The notes: generated by a model from the sequence alone, not told the origin. 32,000 nt of DNA from Candidatus Baldrarchaeum yapensis (GCA_016840465.1 JAEOSH010000001.1:88763-120762); one strand, 5' to 3'. Positions 9,101-18,674 are shown, counted from the stretch's first letter. Translations and numbers: made by a program.

Positions 9101-10261
9101 ATGATAATTGTGCAACCACTTGTTCAGGAAGAGAGCACATTTGTACAATGGCTGATATTGTTATTCTTCATGATATCCATATTTATGTCAATGTTTTATG
9201 AGAAGATTAGATTTTCCGCTGGAATCAGACAGATAAAGATGGAGTTAATGAAGTTGGAAAGGCTCGCGAAAAACGGAAAAGAGTTGGTAATAAATGCAGT
9301 AAAGGAAATAGGGAAGCCCGGGTTTGATCCAAGTAATAGAATCTTAGAGTTCTTAGAGTTCTTTATGATAGAGCCAGTAGATAGAGATCCTTTTGGTATC
9401 ATGAAAAAGCTAGAGCATCTGATTAATCTGAGAAGGGACGTTTTCCGCAGGTTTCTATCTGAAGTCGCGCCAAATGCGTCGAGGGATGAACGTGCAAACC
9501 TGGAGGGCGCATTAGAGGCCACAATTGTGATAGATTACTTATTTAGACTTGTGAGGCATTATTTGATACTCAGCGAGAGAACTAAGAGTTACATTCTAGT
9601 TGCACAACTGCAGTTGCAACTACCGCTTGTGATGAGATATGCAAAGGCGTACTTTGAGGCTTTAAAGGCATTTAAAGATGGAAAACCGATAGGAGATGGT
9701 ATAGGTGTACTTGTGGCAACGAAATTCGTGTACGATCTTGCGAAGGACGGAGAAAGTAGGGTGACCTTTAAGGAAATCGTAGAAGATACATTGGTTACCG
9801 AGGTAATGTTTGAGGGACGAAAGATTTTCGTTGTAAGAGCAAAGGGACCTGGAGCGTTCGTTGGAAAGCCAGGCGATGCAATTGTTAAAATCATAGAAGA
9901 CTGTAAAGGAAAAAATGACATATCTAGGATCATTATGATCGATGCTGCATTGAAACTTGAAGGAGAGCGTAGCGGTGAGGTTGCTGAGGGTGTTGGGGCA
10001 GCAATAGGTGGCATAGGTGTTGACAGGTTTAAGATAGAGGAAATAGCTACAAAATATGGGATTCCTCTTGATGCAATAATAATTAAGGAGTCCCTAGAGG
10101 AGGCCATTAGCCCACTCAAAAAGGAGATTTTTGAGAGTGTAAATGAGGTAATAAAAAGAATAAAAAGAATTATTCTCCAGTCGACAAAACCCGGGGATGC
10201 AATCATACTTGCTGGTATTGGTAATGCTGCTGGGATAGGCTTCATGAAGCTTTCTTCCTGA
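9101..10261 (+). CDS. DUF1512-family conserved archaeal protein
   Basis: N-terminal TM segment; FFMIEPVDRDPFGI, IGDGIG, IDAALKLEGE, GGIGVDRFKIEE resemble the family as recalled. Confidence 0.75.
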   Translation: MIIVQPLVQEESTFVQWLILLFFMISIFMSMFYEKIRFSAGIRQIKMELMKLERLAKNGKELVINAVKEIGKPGFDPSNRILEFLEFFMIEPVDRDPFGIMKKLEHLINLRRDVFRRFLSEVAPNASRDERANLEGALEATIVIDYLFRLVRHYLILSERTKSYILVAQLQLQLPLVMRYAKAYFEALKAFKDGKPIGDGIGVLVATKFVYDLAKDGESRVTFKEIVEDTLVTEVMFEGRKIFVVRAKGPGAFVGKPGDAIVKIIEDCKGKNDISRIIMIDAALKLEGERSGEVAEGVGAAIGGIGVDRFKIEEIATKYGIPLDAIIIKESLEEAISPLKKEIFESVNEVIKRIKRIILQSTKPGDAIILAGIGNAAGIGFMKLSS

Positions 10262-10273
10262 TGGTGATGCCAT

Positions 10274-10663
10274 ATGAAAAGATCTTTAATGTCATTGTCG
10301 ATTATGCTCCTCATGTTAGTGGTCTTCTCTGTTATAATATATTTACTTCTTAACTTTGTGGCCACAATGCAAGAGTCTTCGATTTCTCTGTTTATGATGA
10401 TTTTTACGATCCTTATTATTTACTTGATCCTTTTACCAGTAATATCTCAGTTCGCTAGAATGTATAGAGTGGCAAAAATGAGGCAGATTATGCCTTCTCT
10501 GCTGTCGGTGATAAAATGTCAAGATTGCAATTATGTTCTCGTTAGGGAATTTTTAACGGGAGATTATGTGTTTAAGAACGTCGGAAAATGTTATAAGTGC
10601 GGCGGTAATCTCTACATAGACGCAATATACTTAACATCCGAAAAGAAAGGAAAGGGTGCATAA
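10274..10663 (+). CDS. Conserved hypothetical membrane protein with C-terminal Zn ribbon
   Basis: Two hydrophobic helices, then CQDC..GDYVFK..CYKC; GGTGA RBS. Confidence 0.7.
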   Translation: MKRSLMSLSIMLLMLVVFSVIIYLLLNFVATMQESSISLFMMIFTILIIYLILLPVISQFARMYRVAKMRQIMPSLLSVIKCQDCNYVLVREFLTGDYVFKNVGKCYKCGGNLYIDAIYLTSEKKGKGA

Positions 10664-10666
10664 AAT

Positions 10667-11344
10667 ATGGCGGTGAAACTTACATTCTTAGGTCATGCAG
10701 CATTCAAGATAGATCATGGCGATAAAACTATTCTTATAGATCCCTTCATAACTGGCAATCCTCTCTGCCCGATCAAAGTCGAGGATATAAGGAAGTGCGA
10801 CATAATTCTCGTAACACACGATCATGGAGACCATTTAGGGGACACCATAAAGATCGCGAAAAATACTGGTGCAAAAGTGGTTGCAATATACGATTTAGGA
10901 GTATTTATAGAGAAAAATGGCGTCACCAATGTTATAGGAATGAATATTGGTGGTTCGACCGATATAGACGGAATTAAAGTGACAATGGTAAAGGCGTTCC
11001 ATAGTGCCGAGAGAGGCGCTCCCGTTGGCTATATCATAAGGTTAGGAAATGTTGCAATTTACCACGCAGGCGATACTGACGTATTCTACGATATGAAGTT
11101 AATAGGAGATCTCTATCGACCGGATGTAGCATTACTTCCAATATCAGGATACTACACGATGGGACCCTTGGAGGCCGCATACGCTACCCAATTAATAAAG
11201 CCGAAGATTGCTATTCCCATGCATTACAATACCTTTCCAGTAATTAAGCAAGATCCAAACGTGTTCGCAGAGAATGTAAAGAAATTATGCCCCGAGGTTG
11301 AGGTTAAAATACTAAATCCCGGAGAGACGATTACCATTGGATGA
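10667..11344 (+). CDS. Metallo-beta-lactamase-fold hydrolase (UPF0173-like)
   Basis: FLGHAAF, THDHGDH, YHAGDT, PMHYNTF. Confidence 0.9.
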   Translation: MAVKLTFLGHAAFKIDHGDKTILIDPFITGNPLCPIKVEDIRKCDIILVTHDHGDHLGDTIKIAKNTGAKVVAIYDLGVFIEKNGVTNVIGMNIGGSTDIDGIKVTMVKAFHSAERGAPVGYIIRLGNVAIYHAGDTDVFYDMKLIGDLYRPDVALLPISGYYTMGPLEAAYATQLIKPKIAIPMHYNTFPVIKQDPNVFAENVKKLCPEVEVKILNPGETITIG

Positions 11345-11843
11345 GTTCAAACTCAAAAAAGTCGGAGTTGCGGGCACGTTTGATAAACTGCATAAGGGTC
11401 ACAAACTTTTACTTTTAACGGCATTTTCTGCAGGAGAAAGAGTAATAATAGGTATTACTTCCGAGAAGTTGATAAAGGGCAAGAAAATGTGCCAAAAGAT
11501 AGCCCCATTTGACGAGAGAGTTAAAAAGGTAAAGGAATTTCTCTCAAGCCGAGGCTTTAAGGATTATAATATAATTAAATTAGACGATCCTTATGGTCCC
11601 GCAATTAATGATCCCTCGATGGACGGATTAGTTGTAACTAGGGAAACCTTAAACAACGCACTCGCTATTAACAAGATTAGAATAAAACAGGGAATGAAAC
11701 CACTTACCTTAATAGTGGTTCCATTGGTACTTGCCGAGGATGGACTTCCAATATCCTCTACTCGTATAAGACTAGGAGAAATAGATGAGAACGGAAAATT
11801 GAAGACGTATTCAGGAGGTTTATGTCGCAATCGAAAGGTGTGA
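11337..11843 (+). CDS. coaD: Phosphopantetheine adenylyltransferase (archaeal/eukaryotic type)
   Basis: GTFDKLHKGH (HxGH), DPYGPA, LVVTRET, ISSTRIR. Confidence 0.9.
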   Translation: MDEFKLKKVGVAGTFDKLHKGHKLLLLTAFSAGERVIIGITSEKLIKGKKMCQKIAPFDERVKKVKEFLSSRGFKDYNIIKLDDPYGPAINDPSMDGLVVTRETLNNALAINKIRIKQGMKPLTLIVVPLVLAEDGLPISSTRIRLGEIDENGKLKTYSGGLCRNRKV

Positions 11844-11885
11844 GAAGGACTACCTTTTTATTCCGTGTGGAATAATAAGTAATAA

Positions 11886-12102
11886 GCACCCCGCCGCGAA
11901 ATCCGTGCTTGATGGGCTCCCGCACTTTTGAGGCGCGGTGCGTCACCGCATACCGATGAGTGCGGAGTCAACCCAGGCACGGGACAGGCGGGGTGCAGGG
12001 GTGGGTGCAGTAAGGGCCCACTACAAGAGAGCCCAGTGGAGAGCGGCGTATGCCGCCCAGTGACACTGGGTGTTAGTCATGTGGGCCACATGCACCCACC
12101 CC
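11886..12102 (+). ncRNA. Two-hairpin box H/ACA guide RNA
   Basis: Two units, each with a closing helix (11886-11895/11987-11996; 11998-12009/12091-12102), lower stem, internal pocket, upper stem, GA/GA K-turn, and ACA directly after the lower stem (11984-11986; 12088-12090). TTTTTATT at 11855-11862 is a candidate TATA box. Confidence 0.85.
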
Positions 12103-12121
12103 AACTTCGTGGTGGTAGCGG

Positions 12122-12970
12122 TTGCGTGTAAAGGTAAAATCATTGAGGGAAATGCTTAAGGAAATTTTTGGTGAAGACATCCCCGCAGACATTCCGAGAA
12201 AATATAAAATTTATGGAGATATTGCTGTAGTTAAGATACCAAGCAAATACCGCCACTTGAAGAAAGAGATTGGAGATCTTATTCTAAAGAACGACCCACG
12301 GATTAGATCGGTCGTAAATATTGAGAAAATTCATGGAACTTTCCGAGAGCCAATAGCTGAGGTCATCGCAGGGGACCCGAATACCGTTACGACTATCATT
12401 GAAAATTCATGTAGGTTCAAGCTTGATGTCGCCAAGCTTATGTTTTGCTTAGGGAACCAGCATGAGCGCGTGCGATTGGCGAATATAGTTTTTTCCGATG
12501 AGGTAGTTGTCGATATGTTCGCGGGGGTCGGACAATTTTCAATACCGATAGCGGTACATTGCAAACCGGAGAGAATATTTGCAATAGAAATTAATCCCAC
12601 AGCGTTTCGCTTCTTAGTAGAAAATATATTTATCAATCACGTCGAGGAAGTAATTTTCCCGATATTGGGCAATTGTAGAGAGGTAATTCCTGCATTCCTG
12701 AAAGGACGTGCCGATAGGATAATAATGGGGTTCATTGAGTACACAAACAGATACTTGGATGCCGCGCTTGTGGCTTTGAGGGATAAAGGAGGAATCATAC
12801 ACTTTCATAACGTTTATAATTCGGAGGACGCTATTGAGATGGCGATTTCCGATATAAAGGATGCCGCAGAAAGATCTAGAAGGAGACTCGTAAAAGTAAT
12901 ACACAAGCGTATAGTGAAGGAGTATGGGCCCAAGCTTGTACATGTTGTGATAGATGCAAAAATAAAATGA
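12122..12970 (+). CDS. Trm5/Taw2 (Met-10+-like) SAM-dependent tRNA modification enzyme
   Basis: YKIYGDIAVV, DMFAGVGQFSI, AIEINP, DRIIMG; TTG start after GGTGGT RBS. Subfamily cannot be resolved by eye. Confidence 0.85.
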   Translation: MRVKVKSLREMLKEIFGEDIPADIPRKYKIYGDIAVVKIPSKYRHLKKEIGDLILKNDPRIRSVVNIEKIHGTFREPIAEVIAGDPNTVTTIIENSCRFKLDVAKLMFCLGNQHERVRLANIVFSDEVVVDMFAGVGQFSIPIAVHCKPERIFAIEINPTAFRFLVENIFINHVEEVIFPILGNCREVIPAFLKGRADRIIMGFIEYTNRYLDAALVALRDKGGIIHFHNVYNSEDAIEMAISDIKDAAERSRRRLVKVIHKRIVKEYGPKLVHVVIDAKIK

Positions 12971-13042
12971 TAGAAAGTAGTTACGAGATATGTGTCATAA
13001 AACAATTGTTTCAACAAAAATGTACAAATAGAGGTAAGCAGG

Positions 13043-13462
13043 ATGGCAAAGATAATAGATGACGAAAAATTGCTGAAGTTGTTTGATGCCCTTAGAGAGT
13101 CCTCTGAAAAGGGAATACCAATAATCGTGGAAGGAAAACGCGATGAGGATGCTCTGCGAAGTATTGGTATTTGTGGCCAGATAATTAAAGTCGCTGGTCA
13201 AGGTCCATTGAAAGTGGTGGATTCGATGATATCCTCAGGACGAATACCTTCTTCCGTCATAATACTAACTGATCTGGATAGGAAGGGTGACCTGCTTGCA
13301 AGTATGCTTGATGACCTCCTCAGATCGTATGGTATTGTTCCAATTAATGAGTTCAGGTATGAACTCAGAAAAATCGTCGGAGGGCGCATAAAGGGAATTG
13401 AGGAGTTGACTTATCTCCTCGAATTTATCGAGAGAAATTCCCGGAGGCGATACGATGAATAA
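13043..13462 (+). CDS. Small TOPRIM-domain protein
   Basis: IIVEGKRDEDAL and ILTDLDRKGD. Confidence 0.85.
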   Translation: MAKIIDDEKLLKLFDALRESSEKGIPIIVEGKRDEDALRSIGICGQIIKVAGQGPLKVVDSMISSGRIPSSVIILTDLDRKGDLLASMLDDLLRSYGIVPINEFRYELRKIVGGRIKGIEELTYLLEFIERNSRRRYDE

Positions 13463-14621
13463 AGAAAATTTTGAAACAACAAAATACGTTATAAGGGCAA
13501 GGTTTGAAGTAGATGGGGTTGTTGAGAAGTCTGATGTTATAGGTGCAATTTTCGGCCAGACCGAAGGATTACTTGGTGAGGACCTCGACCTTAGGGAACT
13601 TCAGAGAACGGGGAGAATTGGAAGAATAAAAGTAGAGTTAGAAACTAAGGGCGGTAAAACATCTGGTGTGATAATAATGCCTTCATGCCTTGATAGAGTT
13701 GAGACCGCAATTCTTGCAGCAGCTCTCGAAACAATAGACAGAGTAGGGCCATGTACAGCAAGAGTCTCCCTGGAAAAAATAGAGGACGTCCGCGAAGAGA
13801 AGAGAAAGAAGATTGTACAAAGGGCTGTTGAGATATTAAAAAATTGGGAGTCAAGCTTGCCTGAAACAAAGGAAATTATAGAGCAGGTACTGGATGCTAT
13901 CAGAAGTGCTGAGTTGATAAAGTACGGTCCCGACGAGTTGCCAGCGGGACCGGGCATCGAGGAATCCGATACGATAATAATTGTTGAAGGAAGAGCTGAT
14001 GTTATAAATCTTTTAAAACACGGATTTAAGAACGTGATCGCTGTTGAGGGAACAAATATTCCTAAAACAATCATAGATTTATGTAAAAGAAAGACGGCTA
14101 TCGTTTTTGTAGACGGTGACAGAGGTGGAGAACTTATCCTCAAAGAATTGCTTCAGGTTGCAGATATTGACTATGTTGCAAGGGCACCTCCAGGCAGAGA
14201 GGTTGAGGAATTGACACGTAAAGAGATAATAAAGGCTCTGAGAAATAAGATCCCAGTCGAACAGTATATGCCGGAAAAACAAAGAATCAAGAAGATGCAA
14301 AAGGTTATAAGGGAGAGTATAACGAGGCCGCAAGTGCCGGGACAGATTCTAGAGTTAATCGATAAAGTTAAGGATCTCGGAAAAGCGTTAATTCTGGACG
14401 AAAATTTTAACATTCTCGCGGAAGTTGCTGTTGGGCAGTTATTAGAAGAACTTGGGAGGGTCGAACGCGCAAAGGCTATAGTTTTTGACGGAATAATTAC
14501 ACAGCGCTTAGTGGATTTAGCGTATGAGAAGGGTGTAGAATACATAATTGGTGCAGTCAAAAGGGATTTGACAAAACAACCCGCTGAAATGTCGATTTTA
14601 ACATTTGATACTCTCGAATAA
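13455..14621 (+). CDS. dnaG: Archaeal DnaG (primase-like, exosome-associated)
   Basis: GVVEKSDVIGAIFGQTEGLLG, IIVEGRADV, FVDGDRGG, FDGIITQRL. Confidence 0.96.
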   Translation: MNKENFETTKYVIRARFEVDGVVEKSDVIGAIFGQTEGLLGEDLDLRELQRTGRIGRIKVELETKGGKTSGVIIMPSCLDRVETAILAAALETIDRVGPCTARVSLEKIEDVREEKRKKIVQRAVEILKNWESSLPETKEIIEQVLDAIRSAELIKYGPDELPAGPGIEESDTIIIVEGRADVINLLKHGFKNVIAVEGTNIPKTIIDLCKRKTAIVFVDGDRGGELILKELLQVADIDYVARAPPGREVEELTRKEIIKALRNKIPVEQYMPEKQRIKKMQKVIRESITRPQVPGQILELIDKVKDLGKALILDENFNILAEVAVGQLLEELGRVERAKAIVFDGIITQRLVDLAYEKGVEYIIGAVKRDLTKQPAEMSILTFDTLE

Positions 14622-14638
14622 GACAATTAGGTGGAAGA

Positions 14639-15316
14639 ATGAAGGTTGCATGCGTAATCCCTGCATATAATGAGGAGCCAAATATAGGTCATGTTGTTAA
14701 GGGAGCCAAAAAGTACTGCGACCTTGTAATTGTCGTTGATGATGGAAGTACAGATAGGACGTCCCTTGAGGCGAAAAGAGAGGGCGCTATCGTCATCAGG
14801 CATCAGAGAAATCTGGGTAAAGGGGCAGCACTAAGAACAGGGTTTAAAAGTGCAATCGAGCATGGAGCCGACGTTATCGTGGTTATAGATGGCGATGGTC
14901 AACATGACCCGAATGAAATTCCCAAGCTTGTACAAGCATTACTTAACCGCGACGCAGATATCGTCATAGGTTCCCGATTCCTTAAGAGACAGCTGAGCGG
15001 AATGCCTCCTCAAAGGATACTTAGTAACTTCCTGACAACAACGATATTGAAACTCTTATTTGGCATTAAAATAACAGATTCGCAGTGCGGATTTCGTGCC
15101 TTCAAACGTACTGCACTAGAAAAGCTTATTGATTTTGAGGATAATAAGTATGCGGCCGAGACCGAGATATTAATAAACGCAAAAAGATACGGCTTCAAAA
15201 TAATCGAAGTTGGTATTAGTGTCAAGTATGGGGAGGAAGAGTCAAAAATACGACCTATCAGAGATACCGTTAGATGGATACGTTTAGTATTCAAAAAATT
15301 TTTTGAAAAACAGTAG
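14639..15316 (+). CDS. GT2 glycosyltransferase (Dol-P-Man synthase-like)
   Basis: IPAYNEE, VVDDGSTD, DGDGQHDP, DSQCGFRA. Confidence 0.9.
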   Translation: MKVACVIPAYNEEPNIGHVVKGAKKYCDLVIVVDDGSTDRTSLEAKREGAIVIRHQRNLGKGAALRTGFKSAIEHGADVIVVIDGDGQHDPNEIPKLVQALLNRDADIVIGSRFLKRQLSGMPPQRILSNFLTTTILKLLFGIKITDSQCGFRAFKRTALEKLIDFEDNKYAAETEILINAKRYGFKIIEVGISVKYGEEESKIRPIRDTVRWIRLVFKKFFEKQ

Positions 15317-15328
15317 AGTTCAGCGGCT

Positions 15329-16225
15329 TTACTCCTTACTTACCATTTTTGATATCAGTTCCCACTGCCTATCGACCCATCTCTGTATTTCCTCTATATC
15401 CTCTCTCGTTAAGTGAGAAAATCTTCCCTGCAGCTTTAGGTACTCCTCGACAGGTAGCCTTTTTTCTGGATCCAGCAACGCCTTGCTGGGACCTGTTAAA
15501 CGGAATTTTCCGTCCTCAACTTCATATAGTACCCACATTCCAGTTCTCACCGCCAATCGTGATATTTTCACTGTTAATTTGGAATCAAATCTCCAACCTG
15601 GGGGGCATGGGGCAAGTATATGTATGTATCTGGTCGCGCCACGTTTTTCTTTCGCTTTTTTCACTTTTCTGAAAAGGTCATGCGGGTATCCACTTGTCGC
15701 CGTGGCGACATACGGTATATCATGAGCGATCATTATTCTTGGCATGTTCTTTTTGTGTTCACGCTTGCCGAGAATAGGAGTTGTTGTTGTTATAGCTCCG
15801 TACGGGGTTGCTCCACTTCGCTGGATGCCAGTGTTCATATATGCTTCATTGTCATAACATATGTAAATGAAATCTGTTTGCCTTTCGGCGGCTCCGGATA
15901 GAGCCTGAATGCCTATATCAACAGTACCCCCGTCACCCGCCCATACAAGAACCGTTGCGTCCTTACCTCTCGCCTTCAAGGCAGCAACTATACCTGATGC
16001 TGCCGCTGCTGCAGCAGCAAACGCTATATTTAGAACGGGGATTCCTATTGCGCTCTTAGGATAGAGTCCCATGAAAACGGACGTGCAACACGCTGGAACC
16101 ACCATTATGCTCTTCTTTCCTAGGGCTTTTAACACCCACCTAAGCGCCATTGTCGCACCACAACCGGGACAACTCGCATTACCTGGGTAAAAGTATTCTT
16201 CCAGAGGATACCTTTGTGCCGACAT
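15329..16225 (-). CDS. porB: 2-oxoacid (pyruvate-type):ferredoxin oxidoreductase beta subunit
   Basis: CPGCG, AGDGG TPP motif, YDNEAYMNTGIQRS, PCPPGW. Confidence 0.93.
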   Translation of the reverse strand: MSAQRYPLEEYFYPGNASCPGCGATMALRWVLKALGKKSIMVVPACCTSVFMGLYPKSAIGIPVLNIAFAAAAAAASGIVAALKARGKDATVLVWAGDGGTVDIGIQALSGAAERQTDFIYICYDNEAYMNTGIQRSGATPYGAITTTTPILGKREHKKNMPRIMIAHDIPYVATATSGYPHDLFRKVKKAKEKRGATRYIHILAPCPPGWRFDSKLTVKISRLAVRTGMWVLYEVEDGKFRLTGPSKALLDPEKRLPVEEYLKLQGRFSHLTREDIEEIQRWVDRQWELISKMVSKE

Positions 16226-16227
16226 TT

Positions 16228-17430
16228 TTAATCACCCTTAAGTCCGACCCATTCACAGATGAAACCTTCTTTTTCCTCCTCAAGTGCTTTAAATGCCCTC
16301 ATAAATAATTCAGCCTGCATATCTGGAGTAACGTCTCTTCCTCCGATTCCAACTATGAAATTCATTATTAATGGAGGATTCTTTTCACCGTAGAGCGCTG
16401 CGGCAATATCTGCAGCACTTATCCCGCAGTATCCATAACTCGCATTTCTATCGACTACTACCAGCACTTTTACTCTCCTTCCGATTCTTATGAAGTCCTC
16501 ATATGGAAAGGGCCTGTAAACTCTGAGTTTTACCGACCCGACTTGGTAACCTTGTTCTCTTAACATATCAACGACGTACTTTGCTTGAGCCGCGAGCGTT
16601 CCCATGGATACCATTACGACTTCAGCATCGTTTGTTCTATATTCCTCTACTAATGCTCCATGATATCTTCCGAACATTCTCTTGAAATCATCAGCAGCCT
16701 TTTTTATTTTATCTTTAGCTTTTAGCATTCCTACCTGCATGAGATATCTATATTCCATGTATCCGACTTGTGTGCCTACGGCTTCTGCTAGAACGATGTT
16801 CCCATGAGTGACGGGATTGTCCACGTCACTGATGTCAAACGGAGGCTCATACGGAGGTAAGTACTCTTCAACTTCCTTTTCGCTTAGTACGTGAACCGGT
16901 TGGTACGTATGACTTAGAAGGAATCCATCGCCACATACCATTGCTGGCATTCTCACCTCCGGATCCTCAGCAACCCGGTACGCCTGTATTATTGTGTCAA
17001 AGAACTCTTGGTTACTTTCAACGTAGAATTGAATCCAGCCAGTGTCCCGTTGTGATAGACTATCTATATGATCCGGCCATATATTCCATGGAGGCCCCAT
17101 TGCTCTATTTATAACCGCCATAACAATAGGGAGCCTCGCCCCCGCTGCCCAGTGAAGCATCTCATGCATATAGGCAAGTCCATGCGCGGAAGTTGCTGTA
17201 AACGCACGTGCTCCTGCTGCAGACGCGCCGATACATGCTGCCATTGCGCTGTGTTCGGACTCTACTCTCACGTACTCGCACTTCATTTCTCCCCTCTCTA
17301 TAAGTTCCGCTATTTTCTCGACAATCGATGTTTGAGGTGTTATAGGGTATGCCGCAACCACCTGTACCCTTGCCGCTTTAGCAGCATAAGCTGCGCTATA
17401 ATTCCCGGTGAGTATCATCACTTCTCCCAT
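16228..17430 (-). CDS. porA: 2-oxoacid:ferredoxin oxidoreductase alpha subunit
   Basis: YPITPQT, ESEHSA, TATSAHGL, DGFLLSH, GGRDVT. Confidence 0.93.
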   Translation of the reverse strand: MGEVMILTGNYSAAYAAKAARVQVVAAYPITPQTSIVEKIAELIERGEMKCEYVRVESEHSAMAACIGASAAGARAFTATSAHGLAYMHEMLHWAAGARLPIVMAVINRAMGPPWNIWPDHIDSLSQRDTGWIQFYVESNQEFFDTIIQAYRVAEDPEVRMPAMVCGDGFLLSHTYQPVHVLSEKEVEEYLPPYEPPFDISDVDNPVTHGNIVLAEAVGTQVGYMEYRYLMQVGMLKAKDKIKKAADDFKRMFGRYHGALVEEYRTNDAEVVMVSMGTLAAQAKYVVDMLREQGYQVGSVKLRVYRPFPYEDFIRIGRRVKVLVVVDRNASYGYCGISAADIAAALYGEKNPPLIMNFIVGIGGRDVTPDMQAELFMRAFKALEEEKEGFICEWVGLKGD

Positions 17431-17723
17431 TCTACTACCTCCCTCTCAACTTTTATTGCGTCATATGGGCACTCCTCAACACACACAAGACAGCCCTTGC
17501 AATAATTGTAGTTTATCCTTGGTCCTTCATCCTTCGAAAAAACTATAGCGTTCTCCGGACAATAAGTCCAACACATGCCACACTTTTTGCACTTCTCATA
17601 ATTAATGACAGGGCGTTCAGCCCTCCACCGACCCGTCATTCCCATAGATCCAGGGCCTGGCCTCGAGAGTGGTGTTGGCGGAATTTCCTTCATCCACTCA
17701 TAGTTCTTCACAACAATTTTCAA
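17418..17723 (-). CDS. porD: 2-oxoacid:ferredoxin oxidoreductase delta subunit (2x[4Fe-4S])
   Basis: TGRWR..P, CKKCGMCWTYCP, CKGCLVCVEECP; TTG start overlaps the porC stop. Confidence 0.92.
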   Translation of the reverse strand: MKIVVKNYEWMKEIPPTPLSRPGPGSMGMTGRWRAERPVINYEKCKKCGMCWTYCPENAIVFSKDEGPRINYNYCKGCLVCVEECPYDAIKVEREVVEWEK

Positions 17724-18338
17724 GGGGACATCACCACCGTCTTTTCATACGCGATACGTGCGGCCTTTGCATTAAGTTCTGCAAGTTCTCCCTCCCATTC
17801 CTTTAATATTACGGATAGCACTGATTCTATCCTGACTATCCCGGTGGCCTTGGAAAAGGCGCCCAGCATTGGTGTAATCCCCGGGTGAGGAAAACCCTCA
17901 CCCTTTGAGGACAGGAATCCCAGCAACCTTCAATCCTAGATCCAAAGCTATTTTTGTGGCGTCTACTGTCGCTATCTTGTACTTTGGGGGAATTCCCATC
18001 TCTAAAAGTTCCTCTGGTTGTTTTGATATGTTAACTACCAGCATTCCCCCATTCCTCAAGCCTTCTAACACGTTTACCATACCGAGTAATGAGGGGTCCA
18101 GTACGACAACTACATCTGGGTTGTAAATTTGGCTACGTAGGTGGATTTTTTTGGAAGATATCCGTGTAAAGGCAGTTACTGGTGCACCTCTCCGCTCCGC
18201 TCCAAAGAACGGAAATGCCTGTACATCCTTATATCCATCGATATATGCGGCCTTTGCGAGAAGTTCTGCTGCTGTTACAGCGCCCTGACCTCCTCTTCCA
18301 TGCCAGCGGACCTCTATAATCTCCACATTTGAGTTCAT
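17720..18338 (-). CDS. porC: 2-oxoacid:ferredoxin oxidoreductase gamma subunit, two exons: join(18338..17905, 17876..17720), 196 aa after splicing
   Basis: HGRGGQG, FGAERRGAPV and VDATKIA in exon 1; MLGAFSKATG and NAKAARIAY in exon 2; spliced junction reads GIPVLN/TPMLGA; 434+157=591 nt. Confidence 0.9.
17877..17904 (-). other. 28-nt BHB-type intron in porC pre-mRNA
   Basis: mRNA sense: UGU-CCUC-AA|A-GGGUGAGG-GUUUU-CCUCACCC-GGGG-AU|U-ACA, a canonical hBHBh'. The intron contains the in-frame UGA and shifts the frame. Confidence 0.9.
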
Positions 18339-18674
18339 AAACTTATCACCTAGCACTCTTCCTTCATTCCCCTATTGGTTGACGTTATTAATTAGTTCAC
18401 CCGATAAGGAATAAATGTTTAGAGGACGAGAAAGGCAATAGTTTTAAACCACTCAAGAGCGGTTGCTGTATAGTTTTCGTCCTTAATAATCAGATTGCTA
18501 ACCTCACTTTATAAGAGAACGAGTAAGAGAGGATATTGAGAATTTGAAAAACGTACATGTTTGGAATCATAACACTCAATCTGATGATATTTAAATGTAG
18601 AGACGTTCTTAATGTTGAATGTGTCATGATCGAATTTCGCCTCAGAACAATATTGACGTTTAGTGGTGGTAAAT

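Noticed and set aside
11886-12102. SRP RNA, RNase P RNA or rRNA fragment
   Set aside because: No SRP helix-8 motif (CAGG..GGAA..AGCA) or RNase P GAGGAAAGUCC motif on either strand; the architecture fits H/ACA.
17883-17903. porC intron stem shares CTCACCC/GGGTG with 5S helix I and contains an SD-like GGTGA
   Set aside because: Only 7 nt in GC-rich stems, closed at the opposite end; no start codon at SD distance.
17720-18356. porC as a frameshifted pseudogene, sequencing error or programmed frameshift
   Set aside because: The break is a 28-nt insertion forming a complete BHB whose rule-based excision restores both frame and conserved residues; a 1-nt indel or slippage would leave an extra non-homologous segment in the motif.
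18423-18483. 7-bp inverted repeat AGGACGA/TCGTCCT in the por/secG divergent region
   Set aside because: Long, poorly structured interior containing a TATA-like run; no recognisable RNA family; plausible by chance.
18581-18650. Possible C/D sRNA starting at CTGATGA
   Set aside because: No CTGA D or D' boxes at appropriate spacing.
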